Source of the DNA: Octopus vulgaris
Lineage: Eukaryota
Reading direction: 5' to 3'
Length of the DNA: 64,000 nucleotides
Assembly (NCBI GenBank): GCA_951406725.2
Contig: OX597826.1
Span: 82,336,001 to 82,400,000 of the forward strand
Of the stretch, positions 49,910 to 63,443 are shown one piece after another. Under the pieces are notes generated by a model. That model was given only the letters and a program-made list of their open reading frames with translations. It ran no database searches and was not told the origin of the DNA. The position numbers and the translations under genes are program-made. The stretch's first letter is position 1, and the number at the start of each line of letters is the position of its first letter.

Positions 49910-50400
49910 TCATTGATTAGTTTTATTTCAAGATTTCTTGCCAATAGGGACAGAGCCGATTTCTAATCTAGATCCAAGGCTCCTTCATTGGAATTTCAGC
50001 GTCAACAGGGTCTTTTTGTTGCAGATACGTATGCTTCGTTTTAAGTATGTATTCCCTGGTATTTAGTTGCATATCTAGACATGCTTCTATATACTTAAAT
50101 GATGAACGTCTGGAAAGTTTTATAGATTGTTACAGCTCCAGTGATGAATTGTATCTTCGAATCGGCTTTCTTCTTTCTGCTTTTGAGAAGCCTAATTTCT
50201 CAAAATCGGTATTTAGGTAGTGTGACACATACCCTAGTGTCCCCATAATTTCAGGTAGAAACCTAAATTTGCAATCTGCTCCCCGACTCTCTGTCTCGCT
50301 TTCTGTGTGTTGGTATATGAATAATGATAGCCAAGTAGTCGGGTTGAGTGCTTCTCTGGAAATACTTCAGCTTCACACCCACCTGACCTTAGCCATTTAC
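49910..50400 (-). mobile_element. RLE-type (R4-like) LINE derivative: ORF C-terminus and 3' UTR joined to a ~120-nt structured leader, with (CATA)n on both sides
   Basis: Minus DCKFRFLPEIMGTLGYVSHYLNTDFEKLGFSK..KTFQTFII-stop (50278-50095) resembles the RLE C-terminal motif P.IIGALG; tetranucleotide repeats at 49885-49909 and 50401-50412. Confidence 0.65.
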
Positions 50401-50413
50401 TATGTATGTATGC

Positions 50414-50448
<35 letters not shown>

Positions 50449-50482
50449 TTTTGTTGAATTTCTGCTGCTTTTAAATAAAGTA

Positions 50483-50547
<65 letters not shown>

Positions 50548-53319
50548 ACACATGTGTCTATGAATATAATCGTTATGGTTGTCTGCTGTATAGACGGGCT
50601 GTAATATTAATCTGGTATTAGGAAACTCTATGCGTGATATCAATTATGATGTATAGAATTTAAACTAATCAGTAGTACGAAGTTTTGTGACAGTTCACCG
50701 TGAATGTTAGCTGTGATATCAGTCCACAGATATTATGTCGGATGTTATAAGATTCCAGGTGTGTGAATATAAGCTGTAATATAAATCTAGTTTTCTGGAT
50801 TTATCACATCAATATTTATAATTCATAGTTAGCAGAACGTTTTCAAAATAAGAAAATCTCATATCTAAGTGAAAAAGGTGATCTTTAAGTGAGTTCTATT
50901 CGCTTAAACAAGATTATTCTTTGTTTATTTAATTTAGGAATAATTCTTCATGTTTGTTTTGTCACTTTTTATCACAGAGAAAATGTAGTAGAGAAACGTT
51001 TATCAGATACGATACTCTAAGCAATGTCGTAATATTAAATATGGAACAAAACGAAAATAATCGACTCTTTTTCTATAACAGGAAATCACATAGGTTCGGT
51101 TAGAAATTATAAGGCTTAGACTCAATTCATGGTTGTTAATTTGAAGATAACAAACAGAAACATTTTGAAAAATGACTTTTACTCTTAGCCAGTAGATTGA
51201 AAGGAAGATCAATAAAGGGATATGTAAGCGCCCCATCTACTTTCGAAAGGTACATTAGGACAAAAACAAGACTTCAAAAACAGTAGACAATTTCCTATTC
51301 TTGATATTACAAATGATGTCATGATTTGGCATTACAAAGGGTATTTATTCATTTATGTATTACCTATTAATCAATTGTTTATTGTTGATCTCACTTTAAA
51401 ATCTCTTCTCATACTTCGAAAGCCTTACGCTCGAAGTGGTAAGTCCTCATTTTGAAATCGAAGTGATTTTGAAGTGGAAAATCTCGGTCACATAAATGTG
51501 AATTGGGTTAAATATGAATTAAATATTATGGAAATATCAATGATGTATCGCACCTTGCCTGAGGCCTTCACCTCTAATTGTCACTGCTGTGATGTGAACT
51601 GTTGTGCAATTTTTAACCTGGCTCTGTCCATTTCTCCTCAGCTTTGGCTGCAACCAATTTCTTCTAGAAACAAAGAGAGAGAAAATGAGAGAGAAGAGCA
51701 ACATTGAAAGAAGAATCGAACCCTGCAGACGAATTGTATTCTATGTATTGGACCCCGAAAATTTAAAGGAACAACTTGTGAGATTTTGAAAACGTAAAAC
51801 AGTCAACAAGAACGAAAATTGCAAGATATTTGACTTTTTAATGGCTTATCCAACATATTGCTGTAACTATAAAGTATTCCTGATAACGATAAAGATATGC
51901 AAAATGAATTTCCCAAGTAAGCTGAAGACTAAAGCAGTGAGAGGTTCTCTAAAGACTCCAATTCTCGCGGGCAAAATCTTTGAAGTGTTTTGTAGAACAA
52001 TTTATTCTCCGCAGCTACGTAAATCAATGCAATGGAAGATTAAATAATCTATCTTATACAATGAAATAGTTATGGTAGAGTTGAACTTACGATACCTCAT
52101 ATTGCATAACCCTGGTAGCCATTTTGCTTTCCGGCTATCTATTGACAGCTATATAATTATGAAAGCTGTTTAGAGTTATAGAGATTACTGTCAACGAACT
52201 CATAAATCTAAAAGGCTGTGTGATAAGTTTAGAATATCATTCACGGTCGTAGCAATTGAGAAATCTATTTTATTAAGTGGATATGAAAGATGATTGTAAT
52301 GCATTGCCGGAATAGAGTTAATAGAAAGTCTGTTAGTGAGTACAAATAGTGACCGAATGGGGACCAGGTGTTGCTCTTTGCTGCACTTTGTTATTATTTC
52401 CTGCACTTTACTGCACCCACATGTTCGATTAAGCAATCAATGTAATTTTGTACAATTCCAAATACAATGGAACACGGGAGAAATTTAATACTTCATATTT
52501 TAGTATGTTTCATATAGAAGAAAATTTGCAGAACTCTTACTACGTTAAATGTAGTACATAGTCAATAAATAGATTCTTGATACACACTATCAATGGCAAA
52601 TAATTTTATTGCTCAGATTTGCATCCAGCAACGTCTCTAAAATTATCATAAATCCGTCACGTTTCAAACATGGAATTTATCAAAACTGAAACCGAAATTT
52701 CATGGACAGTTTATTGGCTGCGGTCAGTAATCCTTCCTCGTATTAAAAGTTCTGTTTCTAACCGGATTTTCCTAATAATGTCATTAAGGAAGCTCACTTA
52801 TCACTTTGACCACAAAAATGCATTCAGAAAAGTCTTGGATGTGAAAAAGAAGATAAGACGAAAAAGGGTTAAGGTCATAGGCATTCACCTGACAATTGAA
52901 TTTAAAATAAAATATTACTCTATAATGCGATTTTATTTTCGTTACATCCGATTTGTAATTTAGATGATCGTAAATATTGCTGGAGAAATATTAACTCTTT
53001 CATGCAAATCAAATCCTCAGAGATTTTGTAGCTAAAAACACTGTGGAAGTGTATTCGTAATTTCGTCTGATTGAAACTAAATGGAACAGCAGATTCACAA
53101 CTATAATATGATAAAATTTTGTAGCTCAGCTATTTGGACAGAGAGAATAGCTTAATTCTGAAGAATAGAGAGACTTCGTATCCTCATTCTTTTACTGTGT
53201 TTTTGTTCTGTCTGGGCTGTCTTAAAACGGTGTATAGAGTTTTGATCTAGTAGTAAATAAATATCATTAGAAAATGCAAGTAAACAACTGAGAAAAGACG
53301 GAGGAGAAGGGTGTATTTA

Positions 53320-53485
53320 GCAGACATGGCTGCGTGATCAAGAAGTTGCTAAGCAACCAAACAGTATTGAATTTAACACCAGGGTGTGCTGTGTTAGACA
53401 AGTATATCTTACTTTAAGTTCGGGTGAACTTCAAGCATTGTGAGCGATATTTTTATAGGCAGCGATAAGCATGGAAGAACGTCGG
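53320..53485 (+). mobile_element. Old SINE family C copy (5' half)
   Basis: CATGGCTGCGTGATCAAGAAGTTGCT..CAACCA..GACAAGT..CATTGTGAG..GAAGAACGTCG, a weak match to 62730-62880. Confidence 0.5.
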
Positions 53486-54409
53486 AAAGATTGTTCGGTT
53501 TCTTAGGGAACGGGCTTCATCTATCATCCTCTTCAACTTCTCGGCCTAGCGGTTAGGTGAAGCATTTAGAGGAATCTATTCAGTCGCGAGCATCTGAAAA
53601 GTGTTCCATCGGAAGATAAGTTCTCTTCTTCCTGCCACCAATCTGTGATGTCCTGAAAATGTCCTGAAAAGAGGTAAAAATACTGCCTTGGCTTCTCTCA
53701 ATACACATCTGCACAGTTTATGCATTTCTCAGGGGCTTTTTAACGGTAAGTGAAGAAGAGGAAGCTCTTTTTTGAACCATTATGACTTATCTATGTTCAA
53801 TGTATCGACGCCAAAATTCCAGAGAATCTTTGAATCTTAGAACCTGATGAAATTCTTTAAATATTAAAAATAGAATTTTCTCATAAAACAGGAAAGGAAA
53901 TGGCATATAGCTTGACTCCATAGACGTAGGTCTGTGATATTGTAACTCAATATCAAAGCGTATAAGTTTCTTTATTTTGTATCGTGATTTATAACAAATT
54001 ACATTTTAATGAATAATTTATTAAAGCTAGATCAAAACGTGATACGAAAGCGAAAACATTTTGAAAACACTGAAACTAACCTTCATGTTATTCGTTTAGA
54101 AACTAAACTGTGTCAAACTTTATCATACAACATTCAGTCCGATTCTCAACCGTTTCTGCCAATTCGAAGCCTCTTTAGAATAGGTACGACAGTCGGTTGA
54201 ACAGTTCGTAGGCTGAATAAGATACTCTCAGGCAATGCGACCAAATGAAGTTTTTTTTCAACATAGTTTCTGTTGCGGTACACATCGGCGTTGCAGTGTT
54301 TGGATCCCGTTGGTGACGAAGTTGTCATCCTTTTGGTAGAAAACTTTATCAACAGCAGCTGTAACTTCGTTGTCACTACGATACTGCTTCCAAGCAGGTG
54401 CGTTTCTTT

Positions 54410-55277
54410 TTATGGCACAGTTTCTCTTCTCTATCGCAAATCCCTATAACAGGTCTGTTGTGCTTACATTGCATTGAGGATTTCACTTGGACATTCCGCC
54501 AGTAATCCTTTTTATTATGAATGGCTATGGCTTCTACCAAAATGTGGGTTCTTATTTCTTTGTTTTCGAGTTTATCCTTTCGACGGATTTCATTACAGAG
54601 TGTCCTGGTTAAAACATTATCTCTCATCGGTGCACAAACCGTGATGACGGTTTTGGACAATTGCTTATGGTGTGAGTGAAATTTTCGGTGTTAACTTCAC
54701 AAAACCTGTATCGGTTATCAAATTTTAGTTTCAGGATGGTGGCCCACGATGAAGTCAGGTCAGCTATGGCTTTGACTATTCTCACTGGAACTTTACCAAG
54801 TTGAAGGACTTCTAAGCTTCCATGAGTGGAGAACAGAGTCAAAGGCGTTCTTGTAGAACCAGCCACATTGCGACTAGGTTCCTCCTATGCTCTCCGATCT
54901 CTGACATCACAGTTCTGTTGGCTAACAATTGCTCGGCGCATCCCCAGTCCCCTTTCTTCTCTGCTGCTTGTCCTGATGTTATGATGTTATTGGTTTCAAA
55001 ATGGTCCTGGAGGAATCGGTTTAAGCATGCTGTATATATCTTATACATTAATTTCTGACATGCAATTGGTCTATAAGTTTTTGCCATGTGGTTGGTTCCG
55101 CATTCGAGGCTCAATTTTGTCTCTGCCAGAGCTAACCAGCTTGGTATGCTACTGTTCCCAATGAAATCTTGCTGGTACAGATTGATAAGATAGGGTTGGT
55201 AGAATCTCAGCTTCTTGTACCAATATCCAACAATCAAATCTCTTCCAAGTGCTTTTCCATCCTGGACTTTCTGGAGT
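54410..55277 (-). mobile_element. R4/Dong-like LINE fragment with RT N-terminus fused directly to CCHC/RLE (large internal deletion)
   Basis: WKS..IVGYWYKKL, YRPIACQKLMYKIYTACL, WGCAEQLLAN, RRNLVAMWL..DSV.HSW; then, near 54725, DNRYRFCEVNTENFTHTISNCP and YWRNV..KHNRPVI; (CATA)n at the 5' junction. Confidence 0.82.
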
Positions 55278-56107
55278 ATGTATGTATGTATGCATGTACG
55301 TACGTACGTACGTATGTATGTACGTATTAATGTATGTATGAATGACTATATGTATGCATATCAGGTCACTTTCGAGTGCTACTGGTAACATGTAACCCAG
55401 TACAACCTGTTGCATGGTCGGGTCGTCGGCGACTAAACCGGTAACCCCACCAAGCTTGCTTGGTGAGAAGGGTGTTTATTGGACACCCTGCGGGATGAAA
55501 AACAAAACCCGTCAAAGGGCAGAGGAACTCTTGATAGTCAACGGCCATCCAATTGATTAAGCTTCGCGCAATGGCCATACTCGATAACGAGGGGGCAGCC
55601 ACCATGTATGCATGGGGCGTATGTTAGTTGGGGTTCATCTTTCCATCCAGAAAGCAGCAAGTCTACACATTACCATTTCACTGTCATCTGCATCGACATT
55701 TTATTAAGTCCTAAATTATGATTGAATATATTTCATAAACACATTTGATATTTGGATAGAAAATCATCACCATGTTCTTCACATATAACACATCACCTTG
55801 AATCTGAAGGGATTCCATTGAATATAGTATATTCCAAATATCAATCACATTGAATATGTTATTGGATTTGTGTTTAGGAAAGACGAAGATGAATACGAAC
55901 ATTTTCATGGTAGCGTGTTTTCCTTTGAACTAGAATTAGATCAGTCTTATATAGGAATGAGCAGCGTCGATCAACCCAGTTTGCATAAGAGACTGCAAGA
56001 GTAAGTAGTGGTCTCAATAGGAAGGAAGTTAAGCCCAAATTGACGGGAATTTTTTCGAGAATATAATGCTTGCATCCGGCACTCTAGTGTTTTTGCTATC
56101 TACACTG

Positions 56108-56226
<119 letters not shown>

Positions 56227-56235
56227 TTGTGTACG

Positions 56236-56508
56236 TACGAGGTTTCATCAATAAATATTCGGAATGCTGCCATATTGACGAAGCTAATGCACGCAGAGTA
56301 AAGCCGCTGGACAAAAATTGACCTTGAACTCAGCTGTGCATGCGCACTAAGTTTTAATGTTCCAGCTCACCTCTTCCGCTGTTTACAGCAGTGCTTGGGA
56401 GGAAGGTGCGCATTGTGTGATCATCACATTGACAATGACAGGGAAAGTTATCAGGTACCTGCTCAGAGGCCTACGCAAAGCCGCAGAAAGTGTATGGAAA
56501 GGAGCCTA
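56236..56508 (+). mobile_element. 5' end of a third mariner-type element (TIR and transposase N-terminus)
   Basis: Begins TACGAGG (mariner-type TIR start); ATG at ~56435 and a TCSEAYAKPQKVYGKE-like HTH segment. Confidence 0.55.
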
Positions 56509-57204
56509 TGAGACATACATAAATACAGTTGATGTAAATGCAATTCGCCGAAAACAATTTGTCTAAATGATAATTTGACTAAAAATAAACGTTGTTTCTT
56601 TTTTGATCAATTCGTAGGAAGTGGAAAGGAATAGGTGTTTTCTTATGGTATTGAGTATAAATAGTTGTTTGCGATAATATGGAATAAAACTAGTTGTTTT
56701 CTAAAACAAAGATTCTTATTTAGAATAATTCACAGTGAAAAGACCCATAGCCAAAGATGTCTGCTCATTCAGAATTCTGAATCAGAAAAAGGTTGTAACA
56801 AGTTGGTTGATAATGGAGATACGTACTATAAGAATGAGGAAAATGGTGAACGTTTTTATAGGAAGTGCAAAAAAATCCGAACACAAAATACACCTCTGAA
56901 CTTGAAATCACCATAATTTTTTTCAGTTATATCATAAACTTTTGTACGTATTTTGCTAATTTTCTGAACATACTTGAGGCAAATATTCATTGTTCATATT
57001 TAGGATTTCTACTGTCAGGAATTCAGTGTAGATTTGATTGTCTTTTGTTAAATGTTTGGAATTCCATAAGAAACTATAGACTTGTTTTAGACAACTTGAA
57101 ATACACATTTTGTAACTAGAAAAGTCTTATAATAAAAGAAAAAATGCAGTTTAAGTTTGAAATACAGAATTAGTTCTGTGAAAGCAAAGCAACATTACAC
57201 GCAA

Positions 57205-57425
57205 TATCGGTTTCACATTTTGGGTAAAAGGCCAATAATTTCGGGATAGAGGCTACGTAAATTACATCAATTCCAGTCCTCAAATGGTACTTATTTTATC
57301 ATCTACTCCGAAAGGATTAATGGCAAAATCAACCTCAGCAAAATCCTAACTTGGAATGTAGAGACGGACCAAATACTGTTAAGCATTTTATCCGGCAAAA
57401 TAACGATTCCGCCAGCTCGCCGTTC
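57205..57425 (-). mobile_element. SINE family B, diverged
   Basis: GGTACTTATTTTATC..CCGAAAGGAT..GGCAAAATCAACCTC..AACGATTCCGCCAGCTCGCCG. Confidence 0.75.
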
Positions 57426-58614
57426 TAACATTACTCTTAATATCGCTGTGTTAAAAGAGTAGATGACATACAATAGTTTGCGTAGCGACTGAATTTAATT
57501 TATGTATTTCACCTTTTATTGATCAATTAAAATACAACCTAAATTATTTAGTCTCATTTAATGCCTAATATAAAATATTTCTTCGTTCGGCACATTGGCA
57601 AACTAGTTTTAAATAAAATATCATAATGCATAATTTTATAGTGAGCTGTCAATTTTAATGTCTGCCGGGGTAAATATTTTCCTGTATTTACGAGGCTGAT
57701 TTTTGCTACAGAATTCAGGGCATGTGTAACATTAGCCTTATCTCTTGATTATTTCGATCAATGATTGGGATATGTAAAGTTATAACACAAACCGAAATGT
57801 AGATGGTTAATGTTATCATTATAGGGGAACCTAAAACGAATCAGAATAATAGAATGTTTCCTTTTGAAGGTGAGAATTAAATATGAAATATATTCATGAT
57901 TGATTTATTAATTAACTAATTAGTTGACACTTGTATAGAAGACGCCTTTATAAAAATTCTTTTATGGCCGAAATTCTATATCTACATCAGATCATCCATA
58001 ACCATCCATGACGTCAGCAGAATTCGGTTCGAATTTACGACATGTAAAGTTCTATGTATCTGTTAATTACATTATTATCGTAGATAATGTAGACTAAAAC
58101 GCTGCTCCTAAATATTGAGATCTGGAATAAAGTAATGTCTTGATAAATGGATCACCTTTTGCTTTTCATTGAAGAATCTTAGACGCCGAACTTATAACAA
58201 TGATAATGAATTTCAGAAGCGCGAAATTAGAAGTGTTGCCACATTAAGAATGTTTAGAAACAATTAACACAGCATTCGTTTAGAAGTGAGATATTTTAAT
58301 TGCTCAAATTTTGTGTCTTAGAAACCACTTCTCAAAATATATTGTTGCATTTTCGTTTCTTGAAAATATGGTGTTGTTACACTACACAGTAACAAATACT
58401 AATCTATAAGTGTAAATTAGTAAGAGTCATATTTGGAAATACCTCTTAATCCCAGCACTCTAAAAATGTTGTATATTTATTTGCAGAATATTTAGGGGTT
58501 TGCCGACCGCACATGTGGTGGCGGTGCTGTATGTTCCTGAGATGTTCCCAAGTCCCAGAGGTGACATTAAACAGGGGACAAAATAAGTCTACCACAGAAG
58601 AATTCAGAACACTT

Positions 58615-58645
<31 letters not shown>

Positions 58646-59989
58646 GAAATATCGGCAAGCGTTTCATCCCAGGCTCCATGAATCCTGTCAGACTACAGCG
58701 AGAAGCAAAGTATTTGATTTTAAGAAAATAAAGGATTATGGTATAGCATCGGCTGAGCAAAGAAGATGTGATAAAATATAGAAACATCTACGGGTGTTTG
58801 TGTGCGTGGCTATATTATATATTTTGTGTCGAGATGGCGTCTTTGTCTTAAGGATTCCAAATGTTTCTCGTATTATCAATATCATAAATGTCAGTAGAGG
58901 ATAAACTTGAATATATCTACATACACTGACTCGCCTCTTCGTAGTCACTCGACCCGCTAAAAATTACTCTTCAATCTATAAGATAACTGCTTTAAAAAAA
59001 TTCTCATTAAAAATATCACCTGGGTATATTATTCCCGAAGCAATGAAAATGTGTGACAATGGGTAGAAACTTTCGTCATGGGTTCAAAGCCAACGTCATT
59101 GTCAATGGTAAACACTAGGCTGGTATGATTAAAAGCAGCAACGTTCTACTTCGAATGCTGAGTCTCCAAAGATTTGGCATCTGATACTATTTCTCATCAG
59201 CTTAATGATATTGTGAGCTGATATTGATTATAATGATAAGGGATTCTGAATACGTAATTAAGTGTATTCGAATTATTGATCCTGCTACACAAAGCAGCAT
59301 AGATGTATTTGGTGAATATCTTGTTAATGATGGCGGTAATGAGGCCAAAGATAACATGATGACAAATGCAGTATTGTTGATGACGGCAACAGTGGTATGA
59401 TTTTTATATGTTTCCTGTATCAAGAGTGGACCCTTCTCTCTTACCAAATATAGTTTAATGTCTCGTAAGTCCCAAATCAATTATATCGTGAAATGGACTT
59501 AACGACCGCATTTTATCCTGAAATCCGTATTCGCGATGTATATAAGGAAAATTTGCAAGAGATATTTGCGGTGGCAAAGCCCTTCCTCTACGAACTTATA
59601 CTACGGTTTTCTTAAAGGAGTTAAAAAGATTAAAAAAAAGACAAAAGAAAGTAAAACGTGCTTTTTATAGTTTCTGTTAAGGTTCCATGAAGGATTCTTC
59701 GTTGCTGATATTGCTGGTGAGAACTTGAACTATTTTAAGACTTGTTTTTGACCATTAGAGGTCCAGTGCTCTGTTTGGCGTCATTTGTTTTCATCAAATG
59801 TCTTGGTAACTGGTTTTTGTCTGATTGTCGCCCAGCGTTCCGGTTGGTTGATTCCCTTAAGAATCCATTGATCTCTGTCAGCTCAATGTTTATTTGTTTA
59901 TCGCTGAGGGTCCGGTCCGGTTTTAATCAAAACAATTCTGTTTGGTTAAGCCCGCGTTGACGTCAGCAACTGATGTTAGAGAAAGTATA

Positions 59990-60470
59990 AAATGTCATTT
60001 TCTGGCTTTGGTGTATTGATACAAGGTATTCAGTTGTAGCAAATATTTCTTAAGAAACCTCTCTGACATCTTCATTCGGAATAGTGCTGAACTCTTTCTA
60101 GCGCATTGAGAAAATAATGTACTAGGTGTTTACGAAAGGAAATTTTCCTAGTTTAGAGGCTCCATATCATTTGCCTGAGTACCGTCATTCAGTCCCTTAA
60201 AGTCAAGCTCGTTTGACCTATGTGATCCTCACAAGAGCCATCAAATTTTAGAACATAAATTGCCTCGATGCATAGGTGAAATAATGTTCTGGATGGCTAT
60301 GTGTGTTGAGTGTTTAAATGTGTCATAGCATGCATATGGAACCCTACACGTTATTCTGATATCGTGGAGAGGTTTCTCGTAACCAAGATTAATTTCTTTG
60401 CGCAGTTATTGTAAGCTGTATGGATGTTTGCGCCGTCCGAATAACTTTTTTGTCATTCGAGTGACTTCCA
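59990..60470 (-). pseudogene. Decayed Penelope-like GIY-YIG endonuclease region
   Basis: Minus IYVLK..CEDHIGQTSLTLRD.MTVLRQ..RKISFRKHL resembles the PLE motif IY.I.C..C...YIGQT...L..R...H. Confidence 0.6.
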
Positions 60471-60594
60471 TTGGAATTATAAGCAATTGATATACAAATA
60501 TAAGCATGTATGTGTGTGCTTTTATATATAGATATATGTTTGTGTGTGTACATATATACATGTATACATCAATCTATCCATCTATCTATCTCTT

Positions 60595-60644
<50 letters not shown>

Positions 60645-62455
60645 CTTATAGATATGCATATATACGCCCAAATATATATAGACACAAATGTATATACATG
60701 ACATGTATACACAGACACACATACACATACACTCGGAGAAACACATATATATCTCACTGTGCTATTTAAGCTAGTCACGTGATAGCAAGAGAGTGTAAAA
60801 GTTTCTCACTTATACTTAGTAAAGTACTCCATTTCAATCTTTGTATACACATAGATACCTAATCACTTGTATACGTGTTGTTATATATCTACACACATAC
60901 ACACACAGAAACAAATATATCACAATGAACACTCTCACACTTACACACACATGCACACACATGCACACACTCATACACACACACAAACACACGCACATAT
61001 ATATAACCCTACGTGTGTGAATATAAAATATATATATGCGCGTGTGTCTGTTCGCATATCATCTATTTTCTGCTTCCTAGTTAAAGAAATTTGAAATATT
61101 TCCGAATTATCTTAGACATTTGTCTCTTCCAGACATTTAATAACCAATTACGCATGATTTCGTTTCCATTTATAAAGCGAAACCAATATCTATTTTGTGA
61201 AATGTCAGGAATCACATTTAAAAAGTGATACAATACAGTTTTTTGTTTAAATTTTTCTCGTCTCAGACCATTACATTACGTATTCAGAACGCAAGAACAG
61301 ATTTAAAGTTATATTTCGAGTTAACTAATGTTTCAATGTTTTATCAGATATTAATTACATCATAATATGTTTAATTAGCATAACTTAATTCAATTAGATG
61401 TGTCATTGCCGTTATTGTTGTTGGTGTTATTATTTAATCTTTGGTCAAACCTGATCATGAAGACCTCTAACCAAAAGTTACCCCAGTCTTAATGGCATTT
61501 AATTTCAGGGAGCTCTGTATAGAATTGCATTATGTAAATGGAGCGTCTTTAGCGAAAACGATAGAATATGATGCTGGGGCTGAACTGATAGCTCTTTGTC
61601 TTATGTCGAACAACCACTTGAAGATGCTATGGCTGTTTAATGAAGAACTCCAGATAAATCACTGGCGTTACTCGGTGCTAAGTTTCTATAAACCACAAAA
61701 GAAGGCTTTGCTTCGGGTCCGAGTCACATTCAACAAATTCCTCACTCGAGCCAAAGAGAAAAACTAAATCGTTGTTAAATCTAATACAAATAGCAACCAA
61801 ATCTCCATGAAAGAACACAACTGAAACCATACAAGATGATAAACAAAATGCAGAAAGTTTCAGTTAAAACGGGAGGGAACAACATTATTAACATCGTCAC
61901 ACAGTTCAGAGAATGAATGTGTATGAGCAAACGAAATGACATGTGAGTTTCACAGAACGTATCTCTCATATAGACTCATTCACGTACATGCATATCGGCT
62001 AAACGCATGTATATATGACATTGCCCTGCAAATGCATTTTTTCAAACACTTTGCACGCAGCAAGCAACCATAATAAATATACAATGATATACACCATAAA
62101 CTGCCAATGGTGCAAGTGAATACGCTCGCAGATGTCACCACGACATTCAGGATTCATACAAACCGAAGAAAAATAAAACTGTCAAAGTTCTTCGATATTT
62201 GACTGCCTTTGCCTGTTTATGTCCTATTTTCCTTTGCACTAATAACGTTTGACATTTCATGATATTTCACATAGCCAAATCGAGTATCAAGCCAGATTAC
62301 CATAATTTTTAAAAGGAAAAGTTGAAAATTGTGAATCCTAAAATCTGAAACTTAAATTATTGTTGAAAACCCAGGAATAAAGAATAAGGTATTTATCTAC
62401 GAATATGGGGTTGAGCACTAATTCTCTCTAATCACCACTAAAGTGTATACGTGTG

Positions 62456-62499
<44 letters not shown>

Positions 62500-62510
62500 C
62501 GTGTATATAT

Positions 62511-62882
62511 ACTCTTTTACTTGTTTAAGTCATTTGACTGTGGACATGCTGGAGCACCGCCTTTAGTCGAGCAAATCGACCCCAGGACTTATTTTTTTTA
62601 GTCTAATACTTATTCTATCCGTCGCTTTTTGCCGAACCACCAAGTTACGTAACCACATCAGCATCGGTTGTCACAGACACACAAGCACATACACACACAT
62701 ACATACACATATACATATATTCGACGGGTTTCTTTCAGTTTCCGTCTACCAAATCCACAAGGCTTTGGCCAACCTGAGGCTATAGTAGAAGACACTTGCC
62801 CAACGCAAGGTGCCACGCAGTGGGACTGAACCCGGAACCATGTGGTTGGTAAGCAAACTACTTACCACACAGCCACTCCTTC
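62511..62882 (-). mobile_element. SINE family C (tRNA head, CORE-like segment), full length, with internal (TA/TG) microsatellite
   Basis: Minus GGAGTGGCTGTGTGGTAAG A box, GGGTTCAGTCCC B box, GGCACCTTG..GGGCAAGTGTCTTC, and a tail CTCCAGCATG..ATGACTTAAACAAGTAAAAGAG. Confidence 0.88.
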
Positions 62883-62914
62883 GCCTGTGTGTGTTGTGTG
62901 TTTTTGTGTATAAA

Positions 62915-63115
62915 TAGAGAGAGTTCAAATTTACAGAAAACAAAAGAGGAAGACAGGTGTACGAACAACAAGCAAGTGTATTAATTTGACAGTCAGGAAC
63001 ATGGAAAAGTTTATTTTTAGGTTCAGGGTCCCCGCTCTTCGACAGAAATGATTAAAAGGAAACAAGAACGGGGAGAGAAAAAATGTGCAGAGAAAAAATG
63101 TGAGAGAAAAATGTG
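62915..63115 (-). mobile_element. Older copy of the short HHR-variant element
   Basis: Plus strand GAAGACAGGTGT..AACAA..TGTATTA..CGCTCTTCGACAGAAA is homologous to 49708-49882; minus core CTGTCGA-A-GAGC. Confidence 0.6.
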
Positions 63116-63154
63116 ATGACCGGAAGAAAGAGGCTGAATGTCGGGAAGGTAATG

Positions 63155-63204
<50 letters not shown>

Positions 63205-63443
63205 GATAATGGTGAACCTCAACGAACTAAGGTGCGCCAGTGCATGTGTATATCTGAGGATGTGTGAGGGTGAAAGTGTGAATGGAGGCGAGTGTGGGAG
63301 CACATATGTGTGGGCGAGTGTTTGTATGGACGTGTGTATATGTGTGAAGCTAACTTGTGTGTTTTATGTAGCAGTTGATGTGTACCTGTTGAGGTGCTTT
63401 ATGCACGTTTGGTGCAAGTCTGTGACATTGGTAAGAAGGTTCA

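Noticed and set aside
51380-51445. GTG/GTAAGT splice donor
   Set aside because: No convincing upstream acceptor or coding signal; expected by chance in 64 kb.
53843-53885. CTGATGA followed by an AATTCT/AGAATT hairpin
   Set aside because: The hairpin is followed by TTCTC rather than GAAA, so the core is incomplete.
49910-55277. One RLE element split by a 4-kb insertion
   Set aside because: The 49910 piece has its own upstream leader and CATA flank at 50400, and the intervening DNA has no element-like ends; two separate copies are simpler.
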